Shown piece by piece: positions 9,115 through 21,669 of a stretch of 64,000 nucleotides of DNA. Each line of letters begins with the position of its first letter. Position 1 is the first letter of the stretch. The notes beneath the pieces were generated by a model that did no database searches, had not been told where the DNA came from, and was given only the letters and a program-made list of their open reading frames with translations. The position numbers were made by a program, and so were the translations under genes. Origin of the DNA: Thecamonas trahens ATCC 50062 (lineage: Eukaryota > Protista > Apusomonadida); contig NW_013657652.1 of assembly GCF_000142905.1 (NCBI RefSeq), positions 325,114 to 389,113 on the forward strand. Reading direction: 5' to 3'.

Positions 9115-12100
9115 CTACGGCTCGACAAGACGGATACCCGAGTTCTTGCGAATTGTGCCAAAGTTGCGCGAGGGGCCAAAGCCGTTCTTGCCCTTTGTCC
9201 GCTTGTTCTTGGCAGCGTTGGCAATGGCACCCATCGGGTCTGCGCCCTTGGCGATGCGCTTGCCCTTGCCCTTGGCGAGGACGGCGGCGTTGATGTTGAG
9301 GCGGTTGCGGCGACGCTCGTCCTTGGCGCGGCGAGACTCTTCGGCGTTGTACGACTGCTTCGATTCTTCGAGCATGACAGCAAAGGGCGGAGGAAGTCTG
9401 CGACCCGCATCTTGCCCTGCTTCTTGGCCGGGATGCCAAAGTAGGTCATGGCGTCCGAAAAGGCCACGAGGGTAAGCTGGAACGAGCTTTCAGCCTGGGC
9501 CATGGCCTGTTGCGCCTTGACCATCTTGGGCTCGGCGTACATTTGAAGCCGCCGGTTGAGGCCGCCGAGCCGCCGGCAAGGACAGCGGAGACGCCTGCGA
9601 CAGCCGACTTGAGACGGTTCGAGAGGAGGCGGAGCTCACCCTGGAGGTACTGCAGGTCGAGGCCGGCGTGCGAGACGTCGATAACGCCTGCGAGCTCGTT
9701 GTAGATCTGGTCAAAGTCAGGCAGCTGGTCCATGCACCAATAGGTAAGGAAGAGGAGGAGCGACATGCCGCCTTCGCCCTTGGTGGCCGAGAGCTTGGCA
9801 AGGATGTCGAGGCCAAAGCCGTCGGCCTGGCCGCGCCGCTTGTTTCCGCCGTTGAGGTAGTTCCCGGCGGCAAGGACGGCAGAGAGGAAGACCTGCAGCT
9901 TGGTTGAGGTGGTGAGCGCGTCCAGCGCCTCCTTGACCAGGCGCATGGGGTGGAGGATGTCACTCATGGCCTCATCAAACTCACGGAGGAACTCCCAGAC
10001 TTGGAGTCGCTTGCTAAGGTGCGGGACGGCGTCGGCGAGGGCAAGGAGCGTGGTGTCGGCGGCGTCGAGCGAAGGCCCGCCCTCTGACGCCGCGCTCGCT
10101 GCCGCCCGCATAGCCATCAGCTCCTCATCGGTTGCCGCGTGCATCCGCAGCTGCTGCACCTGCTCGAGTTTGAGCACCTCGTCCGACATCGAGATGATGG
10201 CGGCGGTGAGCGGCTTGACGTCCGGCAGCGAGGCGAGCATGACCGAGACAGCAGTGAACCGCTTGCGCGAGAGCGTCGAGATGGTCTTGGGCGCAGATTC
10301 GGCCGACGCGGCACCCGACGACCCGCCGAGCTTCTTGGTCTTGGCCGTGTCGGCAAAGGTCTTGGCGAGCTTGTTGACGTCGATGTCGGCCTCCTCCATG
10401 GTGTGCCAGATTGACATCGGGCCGTCGGCATCAAGCGGTGCGAGGATGCGGTTCCAAAACAGTGGCTTCATCTTGTCCTTGGGTGTCACCGCCGGCTTGC
10501 GGAATTGCGGGCCGCGCGGCCGGATGGCCTGTCCGCCTCCAGGCGGGGGGGGTGGAGGGGGCGGTCCGCCTCCGGCGCCCGGCGGTGGCGGGGGAGGGGG
10601 AGGACCGCCTCCGGCGCCCGGCGGAGGCGGGGGAGGGGGGGGGACCGCCACCAGTTGGCGCGGGCGGAGGGGTCGGCGCAGCAGGTGCAGCAGGTGCAGC
10701 AGGTGCAGCAGGTGCAGCAGGTGCAGCAGGTACAGACGCGGTCGACGGGCCGTCCGGGCCGGCTGCTGGAGAAGTGGCTCCATCAGAGGAGGAGGCTGCG
10801 GCTCCGACAGCGGCACCAGCGACGGCTCCGGCGGCAGCAGCGGCGACAGTACTTCCGGAGGCGGAAGGGCCAGAGGCACTGCGCTTGGTGTCATCGGTCG
10901 AGGATGGGGGGGCCACCGCGGCAGCAGCAGCGGCCTCGGCAGCAGCAGCGGTGGCAGCGGCAGCGGCGGCCTCGGCATCCGCGACCTGCTTGTTGGCGGC
11001 GGCGAGGTCGGCCTCCAGCTGCGCGACGCGAGCCTGAGCCTTTTGGATGTCGGCATCCATTTGGGCACGCTGGGCGTCAAAAGCAGCTTGGGCTTTGGCC
11101 TCAGCCTCAGCAACTGCCTCGGCCTTGGCCTCGGACTTGACAATGGTCTGCAGCCGCTGGATGTAGGCCTCGAGCTGCTTGATGCGGTCGTTCTCGCCGA
11201 GCGAGAGTTCCTCAACCTGTAGCTTGAGCTGCTCGTTCTGCATGCCGAGCTCCTTGTTGGAGGCAACCACAAGCTCAAGCTCGGTCTCGAGGCGGACCTT
11301 GGTGGGGAAGACCGGCATGGCGGTGTGGTTCTCGTACGTCTCGAGCTGGGCGCAGAACGCCGGATTGGTGTAGTCCTCCTGCTCGCGGAGGAGAGCGAGG
11401 ACGCCGACGTCGAGGGTCATGTCGGAGAACTCCGAGTACTGCTCGGGGTCGTTGCAGTTTGCAAAGAGCACGTTGATGAGGCCGAGAGCGTTGATTTTGG
11501 CGTCAAAGTCAGCGCCGCGGAGGTGGGTCACCAGCTCAGCGTACGGCGCCCTGTTCGCGGCGGCTGCCGCGGCGAGCGCAGCCAAGTGGATGAGCCGGAA
11601 GCCGTCGACGTCGTACTCGACAATGGCAATGAGGACTTCCATGGCGCGAGAGGCAACCTGAACGTTGGCGACGAGGCTGTAGAGCTGGACCATGAGGTCC
11701 TCGGACGAGGTCAGGTAGCGCATGCCCGAAATGTACGAGACGGCCGAGCGCAGGCCCTCGAGGGCGTACTTGACAGCGTTGGCCTCGTCCGAGTGAGTGG
11801 AGATGATGTTGCAGAGCGAGTCGATGACCTTGAGGGCGATAAGCTCCTCTGCAAAGCTCGAGTCGGCGAGCCACGACTTGAGGTAGAAGAGCATGCGCTT
11901 GTGGGTCATGTCGCCCGGCGTGTACTTGTCAAGCACGTTGCGGACAAGGTTGCGGGCGCGTGGCTCGGGTGCCTCCCAGAGCTCGAGTGTGACAGCCGGG
12001 TACGCGTGGCGGAACGTGTTGTACTGCTCGGCAAAGAGGACATGCCGGTCAAGGTAGTAGTCGCCCTCGCGGACCCGAAGCGCAAACGCGTCGGAATCGA

Positions 12101-12792
12101 CGTTCTCGACGCCGAGAAGAGAGCCAATGGTAATGATCTGGTCCACAACCGAGAGATCGGGTGCAATAATGTAGTTGGCAAACTCCTTGGTTGGCTCGCA
12201 GAGCGGGCCGAGGTAACCGATAATGGTCACGTCGCACACACCCGATGGGTTGCCAAGCGCCGACGCACTGACATCGCTGGACGACGCAGCTGCGTCGTCG
12301 CTATCACCGACCAGTTGTGTCACCCGCCCGACTGAGCTGCGAGCCGAGAGAATGGCCTGCGACGAGCGCGAGGTCTTGCCCCGAGCGCCGCCGGCACGGC
12401 GTTTTTGGCGAGACGCCATGAGCGCTTGCATCCACTGCAGCTTGCCCTTTTCAGTCTCTGCGGCCAGCAAATACGTCCGGCCTTCGCCATCGACAAGCGA
12501 GAAGGTCTGCTTGCGTTCGCCAGCCTTGGAGGTCGAGACCAAATCAACGACCTTGACCATGTCGACCATGCCGAGATGCTCGGTACAGGACTCGTCCTCG
12601 TAGTAGTTGAGAATGTTGTCGGCGAGGACAAAGTACCGCTTGCGGTACCCTTGCATCATCTTCTTGCCCTTTTTGAGCAGCCATCCGCGCTGTGGTACCA
12701 GGGGGCAGGGGAGGGGGTGAGTGGTGGACGTGGTGAACGTGGCGGTGGAGCGGGAGGGAGGGGGGGGTGGGGACGCGTACGTATTCCGCCAT
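9115..12792 (-). CDS. Formin: PH + FHOD-type GBD/FH3 + coiled coil + FH1 + FH2; one intron and three frame breaks
   Basis: Exon 1 MAEY (12792-12781), exon 2 from 12689 RGWLLKKGKK (PH); poly-Pro FH1 at about 10540-10660; FH2 motifs MKPLFWNRI and AGNYLNGGNKRRGQADGFGLDILAKL. Pieces lie in ORFs 10431-13097, 9446-11278, 8916-9542 and 9115-9375, joined at about 10640, 9543 and 9385. Confidence 0.9.
12690..12780 (-). other. Predicted spliceosomal intron (91 nt), formin
   Basis: GTACGC...CCACAG joins ATG GCG GAA TAC in frame to the PH domain; C-rich interior. Confidence 0.75.
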
Positions 12793-13218
12793 GGTGGAGG
12801 GGTGTGTGGCGGGGATGCGGAGGCGGGAGGGTGGAGGAGGAAGAGAGTAGTGGGGTGGTGATGGGCGAATGTGTGTGCGTGGGGAGGGGGTGGGAGAGTC
12901 AGGAGGTGGAACACGCGCGGTGGCCTGTGCTTGCTGGTGGTGGTGTGTGGTGTGCGTGGCAACGGACCGTCGGCATGGTCGGGAAACGGAAATTGGCCTT
13001 GCCGTGGCGGAGGAATTTCCTCGTCGTGCCGGTGCTGGTAGGTGCTTTGCCTCCACCCACCGCCTTGCCCCCTCCCTACCACCACAATCGACGTCATCGC
13101 GAGTCATCATTCGTTCCGAGTCGACGGTGATTGTATGGTGAAAGCTATTGACGGCGAACGAGTAACATTCGTTGGAAACGCCACACCCGTCGCTACGACA
13201 ACAAAAGTAACAACAAAC

Positions 13219-14007
13219 ATGTCTTCTGGTCCCGTGCTCGAGAACAAGAAGTGGAAGATTGTACGCAAGCGGAGGGGGTGGAGGTGATAGGGTAGGGTAG
13301 GAGGGGGAGGGGGGGGGGGGGAGGGAGAGAAGGGCGGGGGAAGGGGAGGGGGGGCGGGGGGATATGTGGTGCGGTGCGGGGGGGTGCCTGTTGTTCACCA
13401 GAAACGAAAAAAACATGAAATGCGAGGTGGCAACCGAGCGGTGGCGGAGCGAGACAGGGAAGAGGCAGAGGAGGAGGAGGAGGAGGGGCGACTGGGACTC
13501 ACGGGAGCACTGGTGTTGGGGGTAATGGTGGGGGTGGGGGCGATGCGGATGTAGGAGAATGTCGACGGCAACTCGGAGCTCAAGGTGGAGATCGGTGAGA
13601 TCGGCCAGTCGGTGTACATGTACAACGTCAAGAACTCTGTTGTGCAGATCTCGGCCAAGTGCACTGCGGTGACGCTCGACAAGTGCGAGTCTGTTGGCGT
13701 GGTGTTCGAGGGTGCGGTGGCGTCGTGCGACACGGTCAACTCGAAGAAGGTCCAGATCCAGCTCCAGTCGGGCCACTGCCCGCAGTTCAACATCGACAAG
13801 TCGTCGTCGGTCAAGGTCTTTGTCAACTCGGACGTCCGCGAGGAGAACGCCCCGACCTTTGTCACTGCCCACTCGCAGGAGGTGCTTGTCATCGTCCTCC
13901 GTGGTGAGGACCAGGACCCGCTCGAGCTGGCCATCCCCGAGCAGTTCCAGTCGGTCTTCTCCGGCGACTCGCTCCACACTGCCCCGACCGACCACCTCGG
14001 CGTCTAA
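13219..14007 (+). CDS. Stand-alone cyclase-associated protein C-terminal (CARP beta-helix) protein, C-CAP
   Basis: Exon 1 MSSGPVLENKKWKI (13219-13260) + exon 2 ENVDGN...QSVYMYNVKNSVVQI...TLDKCESVGVVF...IDKS...ELAIPEQFQS (13555-14007) gives the KWxIEN and IPEQF motifs of CAP_C. Confidence 0.9.
13261..13554 (+). other. Predicted spliceosomal intron (294 nt), C-CAP
   Basis: GTACGC...TGTAG; splicing restores KWKI|EN; G/purine-rich interior. Confidence 0.85.
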
Positions 14008-14462
14008 TCGAACATGGGCCTCCTCCCTTGCTAAACGTGCTGCGTTTTCCTTCCTTGTCCTGTCCCCTCCCCCCCCCCCCCCCTCACATCGTCCCCCTCT
14101 GCCACAGATCTACACCTACTCGAACGGTTTCTGTGACGTGGGTAGTGTTGTGCGCACGTCAATCCGAGATCAAGCAGATCTCCTCACAGGACACGGGCTC
14201 GCCCCGCTATCCCAAAGCAAGGGCAATAATGCCCTTCACTCTGACATGCCTCCCCCTCCTTCCCCGTCACTAGCGCCCCGACACCAGAAAACGCCCCCAC
14301 CCCTTTGCATTCGATCCCACTGGTTATCTTCCCCTCCTCCCCCTCCCCATCAACCATGCATCAACGGCCTCTATCGCCCCCCAGCGGCAAACGCCACTCA
14401 CTCGGAAGCCATCACCACCCACCCACCCCCCTCTGACCACCCCACCCTACTCTGCCACCACT

Positions 14463-14562
14463 NNNNNNNNNNNNNNNNNNNNNNNNNNNNNNNNNNNNNN
14501 NNNNNNNNNNNNNNNNNNNNNNNNNNNNNNNNNNNNNNNNNNNNNNNNNNNNNNNNNNNNNN
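14463..14562. other. Assembly gap (N run)
   Basis: 100 N. Confidence 1.
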
Positions 14563-14662
14563 CTTTATTTTTTGGGACATTGGGACATTCTCCCCCTCCC
14601 CCTCACCCCACACTCCCCCTCCCCCTCACTCCTTCTCCCCTCTTCTCCATCTCCTCCCGCAG

Positions 14663-17301
14663 ATGATGTGCGATCGTCTCCGGCTATGGAGTACCCCTCG
14701 TCGATGGGGTCGTCGTCAGCTGCGCCTGTGGCGCCGTCGTCGGGCACCGGCCTCGTGCGGGCGCTCTCGTCGGGCGGCTCGTCGGCGGTGGACGTCGATA
14801 CCCGGACGACGTTCCGGTCGCGGTCGCGGTCGCTCTCGTACGGCTCGCCGTACCGCAATGACCTCGGGCTCTCGTCGCGGATTCTCTCATCGGTTGCCGA
14901 GTACCCGCTGTCGTCGTCGGGCTCGCGGGCGCCGAGCTCGGGTGGCGGGCGCGGGCTGAGCTCGGGTGGAGCGTTGGGCTCGGGCGGAAGCGGGGCTGGT
15001 GGCCCCGGCGGGCCGCCGAGCTCGGGCGGAGCGGGTGGGCCTGGAGGCTCCGGACGTGGCGGCTCGTCGCGCGGCTCGACCGGCTCGAGCACGTCGAGCT
15101 CTGCGGGCACGGCGCCACAGACGGTTATCTGGGGCACGACGGTCAACGTCGATGACACCATGCAGCGGTTCCGGCGCTTCCTCCGCGACTTTGAGATCGA
15201 CGGCGCCAACGAGCCGCTGTACCCGGGCCTGCTGCAGAGCATTGCGCGGACCGAGGTGTACAACCTCAACCTCGACACGGCGCATCTGCGCAACTACGAC
15301 ATGGAGCTGTACCGCCAGATGGTGGCGTTCCCGCAGGAGATCATCCCCATCTTTGACCTTGTTGTCCACGAGCTGTTCATGGAGATGTATCCTGACCACG
15401 ACCAGTCGCGGCGGATTCAAGTCCGCACCTTTAACCTCGAGAGGGTGTTCAAGATGCGCGACCTCAACCCAGACGACATCGACAAGATGGTCTCGATCCG
15501 CGGCATGATCATCCGGTCGACGCCGGTCATTCCCGATCTTAAGAAGGCCTTTTTCCGCTGCTCCATCTGCGACAACCCGGCCGAGGTCTTTATCGACCGC
15601 GGACGCATCGACGAGCCGCGGAGCTGCAGCAACTGCGGCACCAACTACTCGATGCAGCTCATCCACAACCAGTGCTACTTTGCCGACAAGCAGGTGGTCA
15701 AGGTCCAGGAAACACCAGAGTCCATTCCCGAGGGCGAGACGCCGCACACGGTCAACCTGTGCGCGTTTGACGATCTCGTCGACGTGGCCAAGCCCGGTGA
15801 CCGCGTCGTCATCACCGGCATCTTCCGCGCGCAGACCGTTCGCGAGAACCCGCGCCAGCGGACCGTCAAGTCCATCTACCGCACCTACATCGACGTCATC
15901 CACTACCGAAAGCAGGAGTCGGGCCGCCTCGTGTCAGAGAACCCGACCGCCGAGGCCTCCTCCGAGTTCTACACGCCATTTGCCGAAGACACACAGGCGT
16001 CGGCGTTTTCGGACGCCGACGTGGCCTCCTTCCGCGAGCTCGCGGCATCGGGCAACGCGTACGACGTGCTCACAGCTTCGCTCGCGCCCGGGATCTGGGA
16101 GATGGAGGACGTCAAGCGCGGCCTACTGTGCCAGCTGTTTGGCGGAACGAACAAGGAGATGCCTGCGGCGCGGTCGGGCCGGTTCCGCGGCGAGATCAAC
16201 GTGCTTCTCTGCGGCGACCCCGGTACGTCCAAGTCGCAGCTGCTGCAGTACGTGCACCGGCTTGCGCCGCGTGGCATCTACACCTCGGGCAAGGGCTCGT
16301 CGGCGGTCGGCCTCACAGCGTACATTTCCAAGGACCCAGACACCCGCGAGCTTGTGCTCGAGTCGGGCGCGCTCGTCCTCTCGGACCGCGGCATCTGCTG
16401 CATCGACGAGTTTGACAAGATGTCCGACTCGACTCGCTCGATGCTTCACGAGGCCATGGAGCAGCAGACGGTCTCCATTGCCAAGGCCGGCATCATTTGC
16501 ACGCTCAACGCGAGAACCTCGGTCCTGGCCTCGGCCAACCCGGTCGAGTCGCGGTACAATCCCAACCTCTCGGTCGTCCAGAACATCGAGCTCCCGCCGA
16601 CGCTCCTCTCGCGGTTTGACCTCATTTACCTCGTCCTTGATCGTGTTGACGCCCGCCTCGACCGCAAGCTTGCCAAGCACATTGTCTCGCTCTACATGGA
16701 GGCTCCGCCGGAGCCCGAGGTCAACGTCGTCGAGAAGGACTTTTTCACAAAGTACGTCTCGTACGCCAAGCAGAACATCGAGCCGGTCATCTCTGAGGCG
16801 GCCATGAACGCCCTCGTTGACGGCTACGTTACTATGCGCAACCCGCCGGGCTCGGCTTCGTACGGCTCGCAGGCGTCCAAGAAGGTGATCACCGCCACCC
16901 CGCGCCAGCTTGAGTCGCTCATCCGCCTCTCCGAGGCTCTGGCCAAGGTCGAGCTCGCCGAAGTGGTCACCGTCGACCACGTCAACGAGGCCATCCGCCT
17001 CATGCGCGTCGCCCTCCAAAAGGCCGCCACCAACCCCAAGACCGGCACCATCGACATGGACCTCATCACCACCGGCCTCTCCACAGACACCCGCGAGCTG
17101 CTCGCCCGCCTCCAGCGCAAGGTCAACGACATTCTCGCCGCCTCGCGCACCCCGTCCATCTCGTTTGAGGACATTCTGGCCAAGGTCGACGACCCGGCCG
17201 TCTCGCGGACCGACCTCCACGACGTCATCACCCAGATGGCCGACCAGGAGCTGGTTGTTCTCTCCGGGACGCAGGCGAACCCCACCGTTCGTCGCCTCTG
17301 A
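14663..17301 (+). CDS. MCM4: DNA replication licensing factor MCM4 (5' end uncertain; probable acceptor at 14662, first exon perhaps in the gap)
   Basis: Ser-rich N-terminal tail, IWGTTVNV, MRDLNPDDIDKMVSIRGMIIRSTPVIPD, CxxC..CxxC zinc finger, GDPGTSKSQLL, IDEFDKM, SRFD. Confidence 0.97.
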
Positions 17302-17354
17302 CGCCATCTGCTGGCCCTCAAAATAGTTAAATGCTTTGCTACGTCGTTGGTGCC

Positions 17355-18586
17355 TCACATCTTCCCCGCGGCCACCGGCACATCAAAGTCAACCACGTCG
17401 GCTAGCTGCGACGGGAGGCCGTGCGATGCGCACTTGAAAACAGCTTGACGTCCTCACACACCACGCCCACAACGCGAGTTGAGCCGGACGACACGCCGTC
17501 AAGCTGGACCAGCGCCGGCGCCATCCACGCCTTGACCCCGACGTCGTGGACGGTGAGCGGTGCCGTCAGGTGCGCCTGGACTGCAAACGACGCCGTGCCC
17601 GAGGTCGGTGCGTAGACCTGCTTCTCCACGGCAAAGGCGATCGACTCAAAGTACCGTCCCAGCCGCGAGGTCTCGTTGGCGTGCTGCGGGACAAGCGAAA
17701 AGCCCCACCCAGTGATGCCGACTTCGCCGGCAGGCACCCCCGGCTTGCCTGTGATGGCCGCCGAGTGAGCCGAGCTCGGCGCCCAGAGCGACGACACGAG
17801 CTCGACGCGAGCGCCGGGCGTGACTCGTCCGCCGGCGGGCGCAGCTAGGACAATAGTGGCATCAAAGACCGCGTCAAAGGTCATCCGCCAGTTGAACGGC
17901 TTGCCGCCGCCCTTGTCGGGCGTCCACGCCCGGCCCAGCTCAAACGCGAGGTCAAAGTGGAGCACGCCGCTCGCGCGGTCGAGCACCACCGAGCCGTTGT
18001 CAATCTCGACTGCGATGTGGGTGGCCCAGATCCCGTTCGAGTTGCACACCTCGCCCGGCGGCTGCAGCGCCGGGTTGCACGACATGTTGAGCGCAAAGCC
18101 GCCGAGGAGGACCGCCGGCTCGGCGGCGCCGGCAGCGGGGCCCATGCTTGCCAGTGCCCTGGCCACATCGAGTTGACCGTGGAGGACAAACGCTGACATG
18201 GCCACCGGATCGTCGTCGGGCCCAGTCGCCGAGTCGGTCCAGTTGATTGCGAGGGCGGTGGTGAGCAGGGCTGCCGGCGCCGCCGGGCTGGGTGCGATGA
18301 CCGCTAGCGTCGTTGTCGGGTGCGCGTAGTCGCCGTCGACGCCCGGGGTGAACGCCATGGCCACTCTGCCCGCGGATCGGTTGGCGCGCGGTACCATGGC
18401 AGTGCCCAGTGGGCGCGAGGCGAGGGTACCGAGCCGGTGCGGGGTGGCTGCCATGCCGCCGATGCGGAAGAGCCACTTGTAGTCGAAGCCTTGCCAGACG
18501 ATGGCGGGCGGGGAGGCTGAGGTGGCGGGGGTAGAGAGGACGAGAACAAGGACGAGGACGAGAACGAGGGCAAGTGACAGATGCAT
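17355..18586 (-). CDS. Secreted hypothetical protein (end 17402 as assembled, 17355 if one T is missing at 17437-17440)
   Basis: MHLSLALVLVLVLVLVLSTPATSA signal peptide from ATG 18586, then a Trp/Phe-rich beta-strand-like body. Confidence 0.7.
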
Positions 18587-18595
18587 ATATATATG

Positions 18596-18625
18596 TGGGT
18601 GGTGGTGGTGGTGGTGGTGGTGGTG
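18596..18625 (+). repeat. (TGG)n microsatellite followed by poly-G
   Basis: gtggtggtggtggtggtggtggtggtg directly visible. Confidence 0.9.
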
Positions 18626-18800
18626 TGTGGGGGGGGGGGGGGTAGCGAAGAGTGTGTGGTGCGCCGCGTGACAGGTGGCGGCATGCATGGCAGGGCAGGG
18701 CAGGCCATCCGGGCATTGGCCACCATTCAAGGTTCAATTCGATGGTAGGAGGAGGGAGGAGGAGAAGGGGTGGGGAGGGCGCATTGCAAAGGGTACAACC

Positions 18801-19325
18801 TTAGCCAAAGAGCGAAGTCTTGGCCATGATGCGCATAAAGTCGTCCTGCGAGACCTCGCCGTCGCCGTCGCGGTCGGCCTCGTCGATCATCTCCTGCAGC
18901 TCCTCGTCGGTGAGGTTCTCGCCGAGCTCCTTGGCGACGCGCTTAAGGTTCTTGAACGAGATCTTTCCAGTGTCGTCGTCGTCAAAGAGACGGAAGGCCT
19001 TGAGGATCTCCTCCTTCCCGTCGCGCTCGGACATCTTGGAGACCATCATCTGCTCAAACTCCGAGTACTCGATGGTGCCCGAGCCGTCACGGTCGACGTC
19101 CGCGATCATCTTCTTCAGCTCGTCGCGCGACGGCTCAAAGCCCAGCGCACGCATAGCCACCTTGAGCTCGCGGGCATCGATGGTGCCCGACGAGTCCGTG
19201 TCGAAGAGGTCGAACGCCTCGCGGATCTCCTGCCGCTGCTCCTCGGTCAGCTCCTGCCGCCCGCCACGCCCGCGCCGCGACGAGTATCCCTGCCGCAGTG
19301 ATGCCTGCACTCCACCATGCACCAT
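18801..19325 (-). CDS. Centrin (CETN1/2-type, caltractin); true start uncertain, possibly spliced at GTGCAG|GCA
   Basis: [41 protein letters not shown]...[38 protein letters not shown]...KTSLF. Confidence 0.95.
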   Translation of the reverse strand: MVHGGVQASLRQGYSSRRGRGGRQELTEEQRQEIREAFDLFDTDSSGTIDARELKVAMRALGFEPSRDELKKMIADVDRDGSGTIEYSEFEQMMVSKMSERDGKEEILKAFRLFDDDDTGKISFKNLKRVAKELGENLTDEELQEMIDEADRDGDGEVSQDDFMRIMAKTSLFG

Positions 19326-19599
19326 GTACCGTATCGCCCCGCACTGTGAGACTCGCTCGCACCGTGGGTCCCTCTCCCCCCTCTCCCCCTACCGCCCTCC
19401 CGCCCCTCCCCCTTCACTCTCCAGCACTCGCTCCATCACCGGCACGACAACGACCAGCACCACGAACACCACGACAACGACAAGCCTCTCCCCCCTTCCC
19501 CTCCTTCCCCCCTCCTTCCCCCTCCAACAGCGCGCGCTTTTTGCCATTTTCCTCGCCTTCCTCCACCCCCGCCACCCCGCCAGTTTATCTAAGGAATTC

Positions 19600-19699
19600 N
19601 NNNNNNNNNNNNNNNNNNNNNNNNNNNNNNNNNNNNNNNNNNNNNNNNNNNNNNNNNNNNNNNNNNNNNNNNNNNNNNNNNNNNNNNNNNNNNNNNNNN
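19600..19699. other. Assembly gap (N run)
   Basis: 100 N. Confidence 1.
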
Positions 19700-19981
19700 C
19701 CACCCCGCCACCCCGCCAGCACGCCACCCCCTCCCCTCCCCTTCCCTCTCCCCTCCCCTCCCCTCCCTCCCCTCCATTCTCCTTCACACTCTCCCCTTTC
19801 TCCTCTCCGTACCATAGTGTGTTGTCGTCGAGTGTTACTACTTCCCCCACCCCCTCCCCCCCCCCCCCCTCCCCCCCTCCTCCAGTCACCAACTGCCGAC
19901 CGACGACAGCAGGCCGCTGCCGCCCTGCCCTCCCTTGCCCTCCCTCTCTCATCGGCTCTTCTTCAATCGCAGTACGGGAAT

Positions 19982-21367
19982 TCAGCTAATGACGCAGCAC
20001 CCGCCGGACGAGGTGTCTACTGGCGGCGGCGGGTGCTTGTTGCGCCGCTTGTCGAGAAAGGCGATGTCGTAGGGAAGGAGCGGCGTGGCCGAGGCAAGCA
20101 TATTGGCAGCCGAGACAAAGTAGTTGCGGAGCATCGGCTGCCCGGCCGACGCGTACTGGGTCGCCTGCCGGTGCATGTTCTGCAGGGCTTGCTGGACCGC
20201 GGCACCGTTGGTGACCATGGCGTGCGAGGTCGGCGCCGTAAACTCCGACTTGAGCTCGTCCTCGCTAGGCGCGGCACCCGACGGCCCGGCAAGGCCCGCC
20301 ACACCGGCCGACGACGGCGCAGGAGGCGGCGGCGGCGAGGCCATGCCCGGCGAGGCCATGCCCGGCGGCGGTGGCGCGGCGCGGGAAGGCGAAAACGGCG
20401 ACGGCGCACTCTGTGCGCTCTGCGCCGCCGCTGGCCGCTGGTTGATCGGCCGGTTAAACGGAGCCTCTTGCGCCGCCGCCTGGAACGCGTTGTATGCGTC
20501 GTGCAGGAGCCGCAGCAGCTGCTGTCCAAACAAGCTGACATACTGCGGGAGCTGGACCCGGAGGGGCGACGACGGACCCGAGGCTTGCAGGATCTGCAGA
20601 GCCGCCTGCGCCGTCGTCCGTACCTGCTCTGTCACCGAGTCTGACGTGACCACCCCGTGTTCGACAAGCCGGAGCAGTAGCCGCCGCATCTTGGCAAATG
20701 CTACCAGATCCTCACCCCACTGCGCATCTTTCTCCTCGTCTGTCCGGTTGTCTTGCACCGCCGGCTGCTGCGAGCTAAACGGGCTCTGCGGGAACGGCGA
20801 GCCGCCAAACGGCGACGCAGGCGGCGGCCGGGCCGCCGCCTGCGACGAAAACGATGGGCTCGAGCTAGAGAAAGTGTTCATCTGCACGCTCGAACCCGGC
20901 GCTTGCTGCCTGCCCAAAGCTGTCCGCGGTGGCGGCGTAAAGATCCGTGTCGGCGCCCCTCCGCCAGCTGCCGGCGCAGCCCCAGGCGAGGCAAAGTTGT
21001 ACGGCTGACCGGATTGTCTGCGCAAGCGACTTGCGGTTCGTGAGTGAGCACCAATGGTAGCAACAAGTTCTACCTCTGTCCGGACCAGTCTGGCTAGCCG
21101 CTAGGCCGCCTGCCTCGCCGACTCGCGGCGCCGCCGTCTGCCCCTGACCATGCTACGCCAGAGCGTGCTGATCGCCACCCTGCCCACCGCGCCAGCCCAC
21201 CGCCTCCAACGGCGCACCGGCGCGACCACCAGCCACACCGCACACCCACCGCTACTCGCTACCCTTTCCACCACAACCCGTTGCACCACCCACTACACTT
21301 TGTGCTATACCCCCCTCCCCCCCCTCCCCTTCCCTGCCCCCACCAACTGTGCCCCAACGTACGCCAT
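19982..21367 (-). CDS. Hypothetical Pro-rich protein ending in a CaaX box (CCVIS); predicted 5-nt first exon
   Basis: Open frame 19982-21100 lacks an early ATG; ATG GC|GTACGT at 21367-21363 can splice in phase to CGCAG|A at 21018, giving MAQSGQPYNF. C-terminus SSGGCCVIS*. Confidence 0.65.
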
Positions 21368-21669
21368 GCCCAACCACGAGAGAGAGAGAGAGAGACAAGG
21401 TGCGCGACTGGTGACTGGTCATCACTCAACACTCGCTAGCCACTCACCAGCCGCCCACCGGCCGCCCACCAGCCGTCGCTGGTGATTGGCCACCGACCAC
21501 CGGCCAATTCGCCCGCCAACCCGCCGGCCTCCTCCACCGTTCATTCGCGGTTCACCGTCTCCACCTGCATCACCTCACCCTTCGTCCCCCCCCTCCTCCT
21601 CCCCCCCCCCCCCCCCTCCTTTCCTCTCACCACACACCACCAGTACCACCCTTTCTAACATAGACACAC

